A stretch of DNA of 64,000 bases from an uncultured Candidatus Saccharibacteria bacterium (GCA_964414295.1 CAYPVU010000010.1:6937-70936), one strand, 5' to 3'. Shown: positions 8,865 to 19,599, counted from the stretch's first letter. Numbers and translations: made by a program. Notes: generated by a model from the sequence alone, not told the origin.

Positions 8865-10442
8865 TTATTTAGCCTCTTCTGTAGCCCTTAACTCTCTTAT
8901 TACGTTTACTTTAATTACACCAGGATAGTTTTGAGTTTCTTCAATCTCCTTAGCAATTTTGTAAGCCATTACTTTTGTATCTTCATCAGTTACTTCTTCA
9001 GGTTTTACAATAACTCTAACCTCTCTACCAGCATGAATGGCATAAGCTTCTTTAACACCTGTATGTTTTCTAGCAATATCTTCTAAAGCCCTTACTCTTT
9101 TGATATATTCTTCGTAAGAGTCTCTTCTTGCTCCAGGTCTAGCTCCAGAAATTGCATCTGCAATTCTTACTAATTCTGCTTCTATGTATTTAGCTTCAAT
9201 ATCGTAGTGGTGTGCCTCAATTGCATTATATAGTCTGTCATTATTTTTAAAGTATTTTCTAGCAACTTCTCCAGATATATGGTGATGTTGCTTACCATCT
9301 TCTGGTGCAACTTTACCAATATCGTGTAATAGACAAGCTAATTTTGTAGTTTGTACATCAGCTCCCATTTCTAAAGCTAATGCTTCCCCAATCTTTACCA
9401 TTTCTAATGTATGTTTTACTAAATTTTGGCCAAAACTGAATCTATATTTAAATCTACCTAAAAGCATTATTATTTCAGTTGGGAGATTATTACATCCAGT
9501 TTCGTAGGCTATATCTTCTCCTGTCTTTTTTATTACTTTTAGGACGTCTTTTTTAACTTTTTCTACAGTTTCTTCAATTGATCCTGGGTGAACTCTACCA
9601 TCGTCTAAAAGTTTTTTTAGAGCTAAAGCACCAACCTCTCTTCTAATAGGATCAAAGCAGGATAGAGTTACTTGATTAGGAGCTTCATCTACTATTAAAT
9701 CAACTCCGGTTAATTTTTCAAATGTTCTAATATTTCTTCCGTCTTTTCCAATAATCTTACCTTTCATTGCTTCGTCGTCAATTGTAAAGGTAGTGGTTGT
9801 AGTTTCAACTACATAATCAGTAGCGGAATTTACCATTGTTTCAACTAAAATCTCTCTAGAAGTTTCATCATTTTTGAATCTGATTTGATCTTCATTTTCT
9901 CTAACTTTCTTTGCATACCAGTCCTGTAAATCTCTTTCAACTTGGCTTTTTAGTTGTGCTTCTGCTTCTTGTTTTGTTAAACCTGCTATCTGCTGAAGTT
10001 TTAATCCTAAATCTTCTCTTACTTTTTGTACATCTCTTTTAGCTTGATCTAAACTTCTTTCTTTTGCTTCAATTGCGTTAGCTCTTTCATCGATACTCTT
10101 TGCTCTCGAAAGTAAATTTCTTTCTCTTTCGTCTAAAATTCTTTCCTGTTCTTTTAGCTTTTCTCTTACATCTCTAGCAGTAGCCTGTGCTTTGCTTTCA
10201 AGCTCTAAAGCTTGTTTTTCTGCTTCTAAGATTTTATTTTTAGCAATTTGACTGGCCTTTTCTATAGCTTGTTCTTCAGTTAGTGTTGTAACTGCTTTGC
10301 TTTTTGCTAATGCTTCTTCCATTTGTTTCTGCATGTCTATTTTTACTTTTTTATTCTGATTGAATAAGTAAAAGGCAGCAGCTCCAAATAATGTAGCCAG
10401 AACCAGCAGAACTGCCAAAACCAGCAATAATGCTACGTCCAT
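8865..10442 (-). CDS. rny: Ribonuclease Y
   Basis: N-terminal TM, long coiled coil, KH (KGKIIGKDGRNIR), HD (LLHDIGK), DAISGARPGARR. Confidence 0.97.
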   Translation of the reverse strand: MDVALLLVLAVLLVLATLFGAAAFYLFNQNKKVKIDMQKQMEEALAKSKAVTTLTEEQAIEKASQIAKNKILEAEKQALELESKAQATARDVREKLKEQERILDERERNLLSRAKSIDERANAIEAKERSLDQAKRDVQKVREDLGLKLQQIAGLTKQEAEAQLKSQVERDLQDWYAKKVRENEDQIRFKNDETSREILVETMVNSATDYVVETTTTTFTIDDEAMKGKIIGKDGRNIRTFEKLTGVDLIVDEAPNQVTLSCFDPIRREVGALALKKLLDDGRVHPGSIEETVEKVKKDVLKVIKKTGEDIAYETGCNNLPTEIIMLLGRFKYRFSFGQNLVKHTLEMVKIGEALALEMGADVQTTKLACLLHDIGKVAPEDGKQHHHISGEVARKYFKNNDRLYNAIEAHHYDIEAKYIEAELVRIADAISGARPGARRDSYEEYIKRVRALEDIARKHTGVKEAYAIHAGREVRVIVKPEEVTDEDTKVMAYKIAKEIEETQNYPGVIKVNVIRELRATEEAK

Positions 10443-10467
10443 AAATTAAATATTAATAAATTATCCT

Positions 10468-10611
10468 GTAGAAAAAAAACCGAAGATTAGCTACACAGCA
10501 AAAATGTGCCAGTATAGCGATGAGCTCTTTTAAAAGTAATTAAGCTATTTTTAATTGTTTTAATTAAACTAATGTTCATTACTGATCAAGATTTCGGTTA
10601 TCTAATCTACT
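10468..10611 (-). ncRNA. Putative structured RNA / 5' leader upstream of rny (6S-like candidate)
   Basis: Nested complementarity (GTAGA/TCTAC, AACCGAA/TTCGGTT, CAGTA/TACTG, TAATTAA/TTAATT); minus-strand TATAAT at 10619-10624; ends near a U8 run. Confidence 0.35.
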
Positions 10612-10649
10612 AAACCTAATTATAGCGTAAATTTAAGTATTTTTGGGTT

Positions 10650-11834
10650 TTATAGTCTAAAGATATCCATTAAGAAGTCAATAAAAGTTCTTTTCCTTTG
10701 ATTTTGTGGAGTAGAGTAGGTTTGTTGGGCTTTTGGTTGCTGGTTATAAAAAGAATCTATATGGCTTCCATGTACTATAATATTGTTTTTTGCTAATTCC
10801 TGATTTAATCGGGAAATGAGCATATTTTTGTGTTCCAATAGTCTATTCATGCTTTCTTGCATCACCTTTACATCTCCTTGGTTAGCTTTTAATTGATCTA
10901 ATTCTGCTTGTAGCTTTAATACTTTTTCACTTAATTGTCTAAATTCTTTAGCATCATTTACCATTTTTTCATGATCTACACCATCTACTAATTTTTTTAT
11001 TAAATCTATTTCTGTTACTCCTGTATTAAGATGAAAATTCAAATCGTTTTGTCCAGGTTCCTTTCCTAAAACTTTAAGATATACTTTTTTAATCATTTCT
11101 TTTCTTTCCTCTCGATCCATTAGTACAGGTCTATTTGGAGTTGTAGAGCCAAAGGATGGCGTTGCTCCTCCAAAAGGGGTTGTTACTTGTGGTGCGGTTG
11201 AATTTTGGAATACAGGTCTATTTAATTGATTTGTAGGTAGCTGCTTAGATGAAGGTCTATATTTTAAAGCTGGAGCAATATTTTTAATATATTCATTTAT
11301 TGAATCAGCTATTGCTTTTGCGAGTTGCTCTAACTTTGTATCGTCCTTTAAAATTGCAATATCCTCAGTGTTATCTATATACAAACATTCAATAGCTGCT
11401 GAGATTGTATTTGACTGATTTAAAATAATTAAAGATCCTAAATCATGCTGGTATTCACTCTTTGCACCTTGATTTTGATATCCTGTTTGTTTACAAATGC
11501 CATTAACCAGAGTTTCTGCTAGTTTTTGCGAGTTATTGTCCGTAGAGGCCGCACCTTCGTACCATCCTTCTATCCCTCTTTTTCCTCCATCATTTACATG
11601 AATTTCAACAAATATATCTCCCTGTTCACTGGAATATCCAGTATCTCTAATCCAATCAAGTCTTTTTAGAAGTTGTAAATCTAGAGGTACAGCTTGATAT
11701 TCTATTTGATGAGAATCTAAATAGGGTAGAGTCTTTTTTAATATTTTTCTAGTTAAATCTGCTTCTCTTAAATCACCATATATTTCTCCTGGATTTTCTA
11801 ATGTATGTGCAGCAGATATTAATAATCTAGGCAT
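10650..11834 (-). CDS. N-acetylmuramoyl-L-alanine amidase (Amidase_3) with coiled-coil C-terminus
   Basis: Zn ligands ISAAH, EADL, EIHVN and catalytic AIEC..IDN..D; no signal peptide. Confidence 0.8.
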   Translation of the reverse strand: MPRLLISAAHTLENPGEIYGDLREADLTRKILKKTLPYLDSHQIEYQAVPLDLQLLKRLDWIRDTGYSSEQGDIFVEIHVNDGGKRGIEGWYEGAASTDNNSQKLAETLVNGICKQTGYQNQGAKSEYQHDLGSLIILNQSNTISAAIECLYIDNTEDIAILKDDTKLEQLAKAIADSINEYIKNIAPALKYRPSSKQLPTNQLNRPVFQNSTAPQVTTPFGGATPSFGSTTPNRPVLMDREERKEMIKKVYLKVLGKEPGQNDLNFHLNTGVTEIDLIKKLVDGVDHEKMVNDAKEFRQLSEKVLKLQAELDQLKANQGDVKVMQESMNRLLEHKNMLISRLNQELAKNNIIVHGSHIDSFYNQQPKAQQTYSTPQNQRKRTFIDFLMDIFRL

Positions 11835-11895
11835 TTAAGAATTCTAAATTTTATTAGTGTAATTATACTAAATAGATTTACTTTGTACGAAGGAA

Positions 11896-12753
11896 TTATA
11901 GAAGCTTAGATATTAATTTATCTAATTCTGAATCACTTTTAAACGGAATAACAATCTTTCCTCCTTTTTGAGATCTAGCAACTGATACATTGTTTCCGAA
12001 TTTATCTCTTAATGATGTTTCTATTTCTGTAGTTTTTTCATCCATTATTCTCATATCTTTTCTTTGAGTTACTTGTTTTCCTGTATTTAATCGTCTTACT
12101 AATTCTTCTACAGCTCTAACAGACAAGTGATCCCTTATTGTAATTTTATATGCTGCAAGTAAGGTTTCTTGTTTATGTAGCCCAAGTAGAGCTCTTGCGT
12201 GTCCTTCTGAGATCTTCGCTTCTAGTAAGCCTCTTTTTATTTCTTCAGGTAAACTTAATAGTCTTATTTTATTTGCTATTGCAGGTCTACTTAATCCAAT
12301 CTTTTTAGAAATTTGTTCGTGAGTAAGATTAAATGTAGTAACTAATTGTTGAAAAGCCAAAGCCTCTTCTAATGGATTTAAGTCAGCTCTTTGTACATTT
12401 TCTACTATAGCAAGTTCGAGCATTTCTTGTGGAGAAGTTTCTTTGATTACCACAGGAACGGTTTCCATTCCTGCTAATTTGGCAGCTCTCCATCTTCTTT
12501 CTCCTGCTATTAACTCGTAATTATTTGTATCTTTTTTAGTAACTAATAATGGCTCAATTACACCATGTTCTCTAATAGAATCAGCTAACTCTACTAGATG
12601 TTCAGGATTCATCTCTATTCTTGGCTGATAAGGGTTAGGAACTATCATGTTTATAGGCAGATTTGGAATAAATCCTTGAGAGAAATCAGGGATTGAATTT
12701 GCATTTATTAATGCCGATAAACCTTTACCAAGTCCGGATTTTTTTTCTGCCAT
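11896..12753 (-). CDS. parB: Chromosome partitioning protein ParB/Spo0J
   Basis: GLGKGLSALI, PNPYQPR, IAGERRWRAA, ENVQRADLNPLEEA, HTH. Confidence 0.97.
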   Translation of the reverse strand: MAEKKSGLGKGLSALINANSIPDFSQGFIPNLPINMIVPNPYQPRIEMNPEHLVELADSIREHGVIEPLLVTKKDTNNYELIAGERRWRAAKLAGMETVPVVIKETSPQEMLELAIVENVQRADLNPLEEALAFQQLVTTFNLTHEQISKKIGLSRPAIANKIRLLSLPEEIKRGLLEAKISEGHARALLGLHKQETLLAAYKITIRDHLSVRAVEELVRRLNTGKQVTQRKDMRIMDEKTTEIETSLRDKFGNNVSVARSQKGGKIVIPFKSDSELDKLISKLL

Positions 12754-12808
12754 ATAAATAATGAAATTTCTAAACTTATAAATATCTTGTCACAAAACAC
12801 TAACTACT

Positions 12809-13633
12809 TCAAGAAGTTTTAAGCAATTTAGGCCTTCTCATTATTGCTTTGTCGAATCTCTCAATGATTTCGTCTGTTAGATTTTCGTAAGCTAATCCAC
12901 CAGCAGATGCTCTTGCATATTCATATATAGAAAGACCGTGAGAAGGTGCTTCTGATAATTTTATATTTCTTGGAATTACTGATTTAAATAATTTTGTATC
13001 AAAATATTTTTCTATTTCTCCAGCCACATCTTTACTTAAGTTAGTACGATTGTCGTACATTGTAAGAATTACACCCCCAATATCCATTGCAGGATTAAGA
13101 GAGCCCTTTATTAATTTTATAGTATTAATTAACTGTCCTAATCCTTCTAATGCAAAATATTCTGATTGTACAGGTATTAATACTTGATCTGCAGATACTA
13201 AACTGTTTATTGTTAATAATCCAAGTGATGGAGGACAATCGATTAAAATGTAATCATAATCGTCTCTTACATCTTCTAAGGCTTTTTTTAATATATTTTC
13301 TCTAGACAGCGCACCTACTAGTTCAACTTCTGCACCAGCTAACTCTATTCCAGAAGGAATAATGCTTAAATTATCAATTCTAGTTTTTTGGATTACTTCT
13401 TTAGCTGGAGTTCTATTTACTAATAAATCGTAAATAGTTTTATATCCTTTATTGTTTAAATCTTCAATTTCGTTTGGTTCATGAGATATCCCTAATCCAC
13501 TAGACAGATTAGCTTGTGGATCAATATCTATTAATAAGACCTTCTTTTCTTTTGTGGCCAAAAAAACGCCAATATTTAATACGGTGGTAGTTTTACCTAC
13601 ACCTCCTTTTTGATTCGTTACTGCAAATACCAT
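12809..13633 (-). CDS. parA: ParA/Soj ATPase
   Basis: NQKGGVGKTT deviant Walker A, DIDPQAN, IDCPPSLG, EAPSHG. Confidence 0.97.
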   Translation of the reverse strand: MVFAVTNQKGGVGKTTTVLNIGVFLATKEKKVLLIDIDPQANLSSGLGISHEPNEIEDLNNKGYKTIYDLLVNRTPAKEVIQKTRIDNLSIIPSGIELAGAEVELVGALSRENILKKALEDVRDDYDYILIDCPPSLGLLTINSLVSADQVLIPVQSEYFALEGLGQLINTIKLIKGSLNPAMDIGGVILTMYDNRTNLSKDVAGEIEKYFDTKLFKSVIPRNIKLSEAPSHGLSIYEYARASAGGLAYENLTDEIIERFDKAIMRRPKLLKTS

Positions 13634-13670
13634 ATGTATAAATTACAGGATTAATTGATTTTAGGCAACT

Positions 13671-14291
13671 TTAAATATTATAAATAGGCCTTTTAAATAT
13701 AGTAAAACTAGATAGTGGCCAGTATTTTAATATTACTTTTCCCTTTATCCACGCTTTATTAATTAGACCTATATCGTTGTATCTTGAATCCAGGCTATCT
13801 ATCCTATTGTCTCCTAATACTAAGTAACGATCTTCTGGTATTAGTATTTCCGGTCCTTCACTAGATAAAAAGTCACCACCTAGAGTTGTATGTTCAAGAA
13901 TATAATCCTCTTTTAGTTCTACCTCGTTTACAAATACATGACCATTCTTTATAGACACCTTTTCTCCTGGTAAGCCAACTATTCTTTTTACAAAGTCTTT
14001 ATATTTAGGTTTTTGAAATACTACTATATCACCTCGTTGGTAACCTGTACCTAAATTACTAGATAAATTCACTAAAAAGTTATCGATCTTATCAGTAATA
14101 ATAAGCTCTCCGCTATTTAGAATTGGAGCCATTGAATCACCTTCAACTTGGTTGGGTGTTGCAATAAATAGATAAAAAAAGGTGCAGATAACTAAAACCT
14201 TTCCCGCGGTTTTAAAGAATTCATACACTTCTATTGGGACATTGAATCCCAATAGTGGTACGTATTTATTAAGTTGTACATCGGTTTCCAT
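13671..14291 (-). CDS. lepB: Signal peptidase I
   Basis: GDSMAP (Ser), FVKRIVGLPG (Lys), GDNRIDSLDSR. Confidence 0.95.
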   Translation of the reverse strand: METDVQLNKYVPLLGFNVPIEVYEFFKTAGKVLVICTFFYLFIATPNQVEGDSMAPILNSGELIITDKIDNFLVNLSSNLGTGYQRGDIVVFQKPKYKDFVKRIVGLPGEKVSIKNGHVFVNEVELKEDYILEHTTLGGDFLSSEGPEILIPEDRYLVLGDNRIDSLDSRYNDIGLINKAWIKGKVILKYWPLSSFTIFKRPIYNI

Positions 14292-17266
14292 TAACCTACA
14301 GTGATTTCTGCAGCTACTTCTTTTCCTTCTATTTCGATTGTAAATGGTGATTCAATCTCACTAACAAATTCAACATTTACTGCATTAATTGTCTTTTTTA
14401 TAGATTCAATATTTCTATTTAATGTTGATTGTAAGACTTCATCAGTAACAGTCAACTTTACATTAATAGTGTCTCCTTGTTGTAAACCCATTTTCTTTCT
14501 TTGAGCCTGTAGAGATCGAGTAAATTCTCTTACAAGTCCTTCATCTTTTAATTCTTGAGTTAAATTAGTTTCTAGTCCAATCTTTATTTTTAGAGTAGTA
14601 TCTTCTGTAACTTTTATAGTTTCAGTTTCATTGATTACTGCTTTATCTAGAACATCTTTTACATTTAATTCATTCTTGATCATATTGCCCATCCAAGTAC
14701 TTATAGCCGGTACAACTTCATTTGAACTTAATACATATAGTTCACTTAAAGGTTGTCTAACTTTCATTTGAGAAGCTACCCTTAAAGTATGACCCATTTC
14801 GCAAACCTGCCTTACAACCTGCATTTCATCAGCTAATCTTGAATATTGTTCTACAAATTTTCTATCTACTTCAGGATAGTCTGTTAAATGTATAGATTCT
14901 TTTGCTCCCTGTACCTTTCTTACTACAAGTTCTTGGTACATATACTCTGTAATAAATGGTGTAAATGGAGCTAATAGCTTTATTGTTTCTACAAAAACGT
15001 AATATAAAGTATCAATAGAATCTTGATTGCCTTCTGCAAACCTTTCTCTTGAACTTCTAATAAACCATTTAGAAGTATCATCAACTAATTCCTTTACTTG
15101 TTTCATTGCTTTTTGAATATCATAAACTTCTAAAGCAAGATCCATATTATGGATAGTTTCTTGTAGTCTATAAATTATCCATGCATTTACTTCGTTCTCA
15201 ATATCTCCAAAAGGAATATGATTCCATGGATGATTTTCTGTAGAATTATTTCTATTATTAAATGCAAGCTCTTCTTTTGGCTCCCAGTTATGGATATTTG
15301 CATAAGTTATTAAATACGTAAATATATTCCATAGTGGAAGAATGAATTCTTGAGTCTGTAATTTTAGAGTTTTGTTACTTACAGTTGTATCCTCCCCAGC
15401 ACAGATAGGCGTACTAAAGAAGTTTGCTCTAATTGCATCTGCACCAAAGGATTCGATCATTGTTTTTGGTTCGGTATAGTTACCCTTACTTTTACTTAAC
15501 TTAACTCCGTTATCGTCTAATACAAATCCGCTCATTACTACATTCTCAAATGCCTCTTTGTTAAATAAGCTTGTAGATATCGCTAAAAGAGAGTAGAACC
15601 ATCCTCTTGTCTGATCGACACTTTCTGCAATGTATTGAGCCGGAAACTTTTTATCGAACTTTTCTTTATTTTCAAAAGGATAATGGAACCTTGCAAATGG
15701 CATTGCTCCAGAGTCGTACCAAACATCTAATACATCAGGAATTCTTTTATAAGTTTCTCCATCTTTTTCGAATATAATATCGTCAATGTATGGCCTATGT
15801 GGGTCTTCTACTTCAACACCAGATAATTCTTTTAATTCTTCGTAAGAGCCAATCACCATTGTTTTTCCTGACTCGCTCTTCCAAACAGGAATTGGTGTTC
15901 CCCAATATCTTGTTCTGGAAATTCCCCAATCCTTAATTTCGGCTAACCAATTCCCAAATCTTCCGTGCTTTACGTGTTTAGGTGTCCAGGTAATCTTTTC
16001 GTTGTTATCAACTAACTGCTGTCTTAGTGTACTCATTCCGATGTACCAAGAAGTAATTGGTTTATAGATTAATGGAGTATTTGTTCTCCAGCACATTGGC
16101 ATTTCGTGTTCGTAATCTTCGTGTTTAAATAGTGCGCTTATATCTTTTAAGTCTTCAATTATTTTAGGATTTGCATCTCTATAATTCATTCCGGAGTAAG
16201 GCGCAACTTCTGCTTTAAAATCTCCTTGATCATCTAAATAATCAAAGCTTTCGATTCCTACTTTTTGAAATATTTCATTATCTTCAGCTCCGTAAGGTGC
16301 TAAGTGTACTATTCCAGTACCTGATTCAGTTGTTACATGAAAGCCTTCGTATATTTTGTGTGCATTTGTTCGTCCTTTATAAAATTTAAAGGGAGGAATA
16401 TAACTTTTACCTACAAGTTCAGAAGCATTTACTTCTTCCAATACCTTGTATTCTGAATCCTTAAATACTGAATCTGCTAAATCCTTTGCAACAATATATT
16501 TTTTATTACTACCTTCTTTTTGTACCTTTACATATACAATATCTTTACCTACTGCTAAACCTAGGTTACCAGGTATTGTCCAAGGTGTAGTTGTCCATGC
16601 TAAAAGTACAACCATTGGATCCTCTTCTAATGGGAATTCTACAGTAATTGCAGGATCTACCATTTTTTTGTATCCACCTAAAGCAACTTCTGCATTTGAG
16701 AGTGTTGTTCCAGCTCTAGTAGAATAAGGGACTACTTTAAATCCTTCATAGAGTAAGCCTTTGGTATACAATTCTTTTAAAGACCACCAAATAGATTCAA
16801 TATAGGACTTATCCATTGTTTGATATTCCTCATCTGAATTTGTAAGTCTTCCCATTAATTCTTCCAACTCAATAATCTTGTCTTTGAATTCTAGAACTGA
16901 AGCTTTACATAGTTCATTAAATTTAGCTACACCAAATTTTTCTATGTCTTTTTTCTCTTTAAATCCTAATCTTTTTTCAATTTCGTATTCTACAGGTAAT
17001 CCTTGGCAGTCCCAACCTAAACTTCTTGCAACTTTAAAACCTTTCATTGTCCAATATCTTGGGTAAACATCTTTCATTGCAAATGTAAGCATATGCCCGT
17101 GATGCGGACTTCCGTTCGCCGTTATAGGACCATCGTAAAAAGTTTTTGTTTTATCTTCTGGTCTTTGATCAATAGATTTGTTTAAAATATCATTAGATTT
17201 CCAATATTTTAATATTTCTTGCTCTAATTCAAAAAAATTCTGCTTGGGATTTGGTTTGTTGAACAT
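14291..17266 (-). CDS. ileS: Isoleucyl-tRNA synthetase, type 2
   Basis: FYDGPITANGSPHHGH (HIGH), GWDCQGLPVE, AWTTTPWT editing motif, DQTRGWFYSL, KLSKS; type-2 C-terminus without zinc finger. Confidence 0.95.
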   Translation of the reverse strand: MFNKPNPKQNFFELEQEILKYWKSNDILNKSIDQRPEDKTKTFYDGPITANGSPHHGHMLTFAMKDVYPRYWTMKGFKVARSLGWDCQGLPVEYEIEKRLGFKEKKDIEKFGVAKFNELCKASVLEFKDKIIELEELMGRLTNSDEEYQTMDKSYIESIWWSLKELYTKGLLYEGFKVVPYSTRAGTTLSNAEVALGGYKKMVDPAITVEFPLEEDPMVVLLAWTTTPWTIPGNLGLAVGKDIVYVKVQKEGSNKKYIVAKDLADSVFKDSEYKVLEEVNASELVGKSYIPPFKFYKGRTNAHKIYEGFHVTTESGTGIVHLAPYGAEDNEIFQKVGIESFDYLDDQGDFKAEVAPYSGMNYRDANPKIIEDLKDISALFKHEDYEHEMPMCWRTNTPLIYKPITSWYIGMSTLRQQLVDNNEKITWTPKHVKHGRFGNWLAEIKDWGISRTRYWGTPIPVWKSESGKTMVIGSYEELKELSGVEVEDPHRPYIDDIIFEKDGETYKRIPDVLDVWYDSGAMPFARFHYPFENKEKFDKKFPAQYIAESVDQTRGWFYSLLAISTSLFNKEAFENVVMSGFVLDDNGVKLSKSKGNYTEPKTMIESFGADAIRANFFSTPICAGEDTTVSNKTLKLQTQEFILPLWNIFTYLITYANIHNWEPKEELAFNNRNNSTENHPWNHIPFGDIENEVNAWIIYRLQETIHNMDLALEVYDIQKAMKQVKELVDDTSKWFIRSSRERFAEGNQDSIDTLYYVFVETIKLLAPFTPFITEYMYQELVVRKVQGAKESIHLTDYPEVDRKFVEQYSRLADEMQVVRQVCEMGHTLRVASQMKVRQPLSELYVLSSNEVVPAISTWMGNMIKNELNVKDVLDKAVINETETIKVTEDTTLKIKIGLETNLTQELKDEGLVREFTRSLQAQRKKMGLQQGDTINVKLTVTDEVLQSTLNRNIESIKKTINAVNVEFVSEIESPFTIEIEGKEVAAEITVG

Positions 17267-17358
17267 AGATTACTTAATAAATACTTTATCTTGTAATTTT
17301 AACCTTAAAAACATTAGCAGGCAAATGATTGAAAGCTTATTGTGTTAAAATTTAATTA

Positions 17359-18288
17359 ATGAGAATAAAAACCATTTTTATAGGTAGCGGAGAATTTGCA
17401 GTCCCTATCTTAGATAAACTATTGCAAAGCGATTTAATAGAGATTACATGCGTAATCTCTCAGCCAGATAAACCGGTAGGCAGAAAACAGATCCTAACTC
17501 CAACGCCTGTTAGCGAATTTTTACAAAAAAACAGCATTAAGATAAGCTTAGAAACACCAGTAAAAATTCGCTTAGAAGCAGATAACTTACTAAATAAGTA
17601 CCAGCCTGAGTTAATTATAGTTGCTTCTTATGGACAAATAATTCCAGAAAGTATTTTAAATTATCCTAAATACAAAGCTCTAAATATACATGGATCATTG
17701 TTGCCTGAATTAAGAGGAGCAGTTCCGGTACAAATGTCTATTTTAAATGGTTTAAGTAAAACAGGTGTAACTATTCAAAGAATGGTTTATCAAATGGATG
17801 CAGGACCAATAGTTGGTTTAAAGGAAATTGAATTGAATAATAAAGAAACCTCTGATTTATTAATGGATAAATTAGGTAATCTCGGTGCTGAATTATTAAT
17901 ACAAATTTTGCCTAAATGGATTGATGGACAAATACAAGAAGTTCCTCAAAATGAAATGGGTGCTACTTACTGCTATAAGGATGACATTGCAAAAAACAAG
18001 GCTGAAATAACCTTTGAAACAGATATTGATTTAGCCGAAAGAATGGTGAGGGCTTTTTACCCTTGGCCGATTGCTTGGGTAAAATACAATAATAAGTTTA
18101 TAAAAATATATTCTGCTATTGTTTCTACTCCAATTCCAGGATTAGAGAATCTTAGGTTTATTAAAAAAGATAAAAAACTCTATTTAGGATTAAAAAACGG
18201 AAGTCTAGAAATTCTTGAGTTGCAGGAAGAAGGAAAGAAAAGAGGAGAATTCAAAAATTACTTTTATCTTGCTGATATAAAATCTTGA
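17359..18288 (+). CDS. fmt: Methionyl-tRNA formyltransferase
   Basis: QPDKPVGRK, VASYGQII, NIHGSLLP..RGAVP, MDAG. Confidence 0.95.
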   Translation: MRIKTIFIGSGEFAVPILDKLLQSDLIEITCVISQPDKPVGRKQILTPTPVSEFLQKNSIKISLETPVKIRLEADNLLNKYQPELIIVASYGQIIPESILNYPKYKALNIHGSLLPELRGAVPVQMSILNGLSKTGVTIQRMVYQMDAGPIVGLKEIELNNKETSDLLMDKLGNLGAELLIQILPKWIDGQIQEVPQNEMGATYCYKDDIAKNKAEITFETDIDLAERMVRAFYPWPIAWVKYNNKFIKIYSAIVSTPIPGLENLRFIKKDKKLYLGLKNGSLEILELQEEGKKRGEFKNYFYLADIKS

Positions 18289-18518
18289 TATTCTTTTAGA
18301 ATATATCCTTCAGGGAAGTTTTCTATAGCCAGTTCAAAATAAAATTGTGCGTTTTTAGAATCTCCTAATCCCATACTTTCCACAGCTAAATTATAATAAG
18401 CTGCAGCTCTTGTTTTAGGGACTCCAATAAAATATTGGTAGCTTAAAAATATAAATCCAATAACTATTCCAACTAAAAGTGGTTTAAAGAGATTATTTAG
18501 CAGAGATTTCATGTTCAA
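18264..18518 (-). CDS. Small membrane protein with a TPR-like helix pair
   Basis: One TM then AYYNLA..G...A..YFELAIE.FP; overlaps the upstream transporter gene. Confidence 0.55.
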   Translation of the reverse strand: MNMKSLLNNLFKPLLVGIVIGFIFLSYQYFIGVPKTRAAAYYNLAVESMGLGDSKNAQFYFELAIENFPEGYILKEYQDFISAR

Positions 18519-19599
18519 GTTTGTTTTTTAGAAAATTCTTTCTGTAAATATCTACAATAGTTAGGAATAAAACAAGCAATACTGGTCCATATAAAATTCC
18601 TAATACACCAAATGTAGCAATTCCACCCAATACGCTAAATACTGCTGCTAATGGATGAATATTTACTGCCCCCTGCATTAATCTTGGTCTAATAGTTGTA
18701 TCAATAACATTAATAATTATTGCACTATAAACAATTAATAAGATACCTAAAATAATCTGATTAGTATTCCCGCTAGAAATTCCGCCAATAATAATAGCTA
18801 CTCCAACAGGTGCCCATACTAAGCCTGAACCTACAGGGATTATAGAAAGTAATACCATTATTAACCATAATAATACAGGAGCGCCAATTCCCATAAACAT
18901 CATTGGAATTAATACAGCTGTAGCTTGAAGAATTGCAACTACTAATGTTCCCTTTAAAACTCCCTTTGTTGTTTGTTTTAATTTTTCAAAAATTACTTTG
19001 TCTACTTCATCATCCAGTGGTGATACCTTTCTAAATATCGAAGGTAAATTTTCAAATAAAGGAAAGAAGTAACTTAAAGAAAGTATTAATAGAAATAAAT
19101 TAAATAATATTTCTCCACTTAAAGATAATATCTGAGATGCTACGGGTAACAACTGGTCTCTTAAATTGACCGCAAAATCAATTAATAAACTTCTTAATTC
19201 AAGCTGAGATAAAGCAAATCCCGTAGTTGAAAGTAAATTTGTATTGATGTTACTAATTGCATCATTGATAGATGTTTCTAAATTCCCAACAATACTAAAT
19301 AGGTTTCCAGAATCAGACAAAGTTTTAATTTCGTTAATTGTTAATAACAGTATTAATACAAGTGGTACGATTACGCACACTAAAGTTGTTATTACAGATA
19401 CTAAAGTACTAATTCCTTTGCTTTTTGTTCTTGAGTATATAAATCTGTAAAAAGGATGAAATATCAAAACAATAATTAAAGAAATTATTATGATATTAAA
19501 ATAAGGTGAAAATAACCTAAAGGTAAAAATCCCTAGTAAAGTCATTAGTCCTAAAAAGAATAGCGTTGGAACTTCAATGTTTGAAAGAGTTTTTTTCAT
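18493..19599 (-). CDS. AI-2E family transporter
   Basis: Multi-TM; IPVGSGLVWAP, DTTIRPRLM, HPLAAVFSVLGG..FGVLGILYGP. Confidence 0.9.
   Translation of the reverse strand: MKKTLSNIEVPTLFFLGLMTLLGIFTFRLFSPYFNIIIISLIIVLIFHPFYRFIYSRTKSKGISTLVSVITTLVCVIVPLVLILLLTINEIKTLSDSGNLFSIVGNLETSINDAISNINTNLLSTTGFALSQLELRSLLIDFAVNLRDQLLPVASQILSLSGEILFNLFLLILSLSYFFPLFENLPSIFRKVSPLDDEVDKVIFEKLKQTTKGVLKGTLVVAILQATAVLIPMMFMGIGAPVLLWLIMVLLSIIPVGSGLVWAPVGVAIIIGGISSGNTNQIILGILLIVYSAIIINVIDTTIRPRLMQGAVNIHPLAAVFSVLGGIATFGVLGILYGPVLLVLFLTIVDIYRKNFLKNKLEHEISAK

Noticed and set aside
11835-13760. parS site or oriC near parAB
   Set aside because: No TGTTTCACGTGAAACA-like palindrome seen; only one imperfect DnaA box (TTATCCACG) inside lepB
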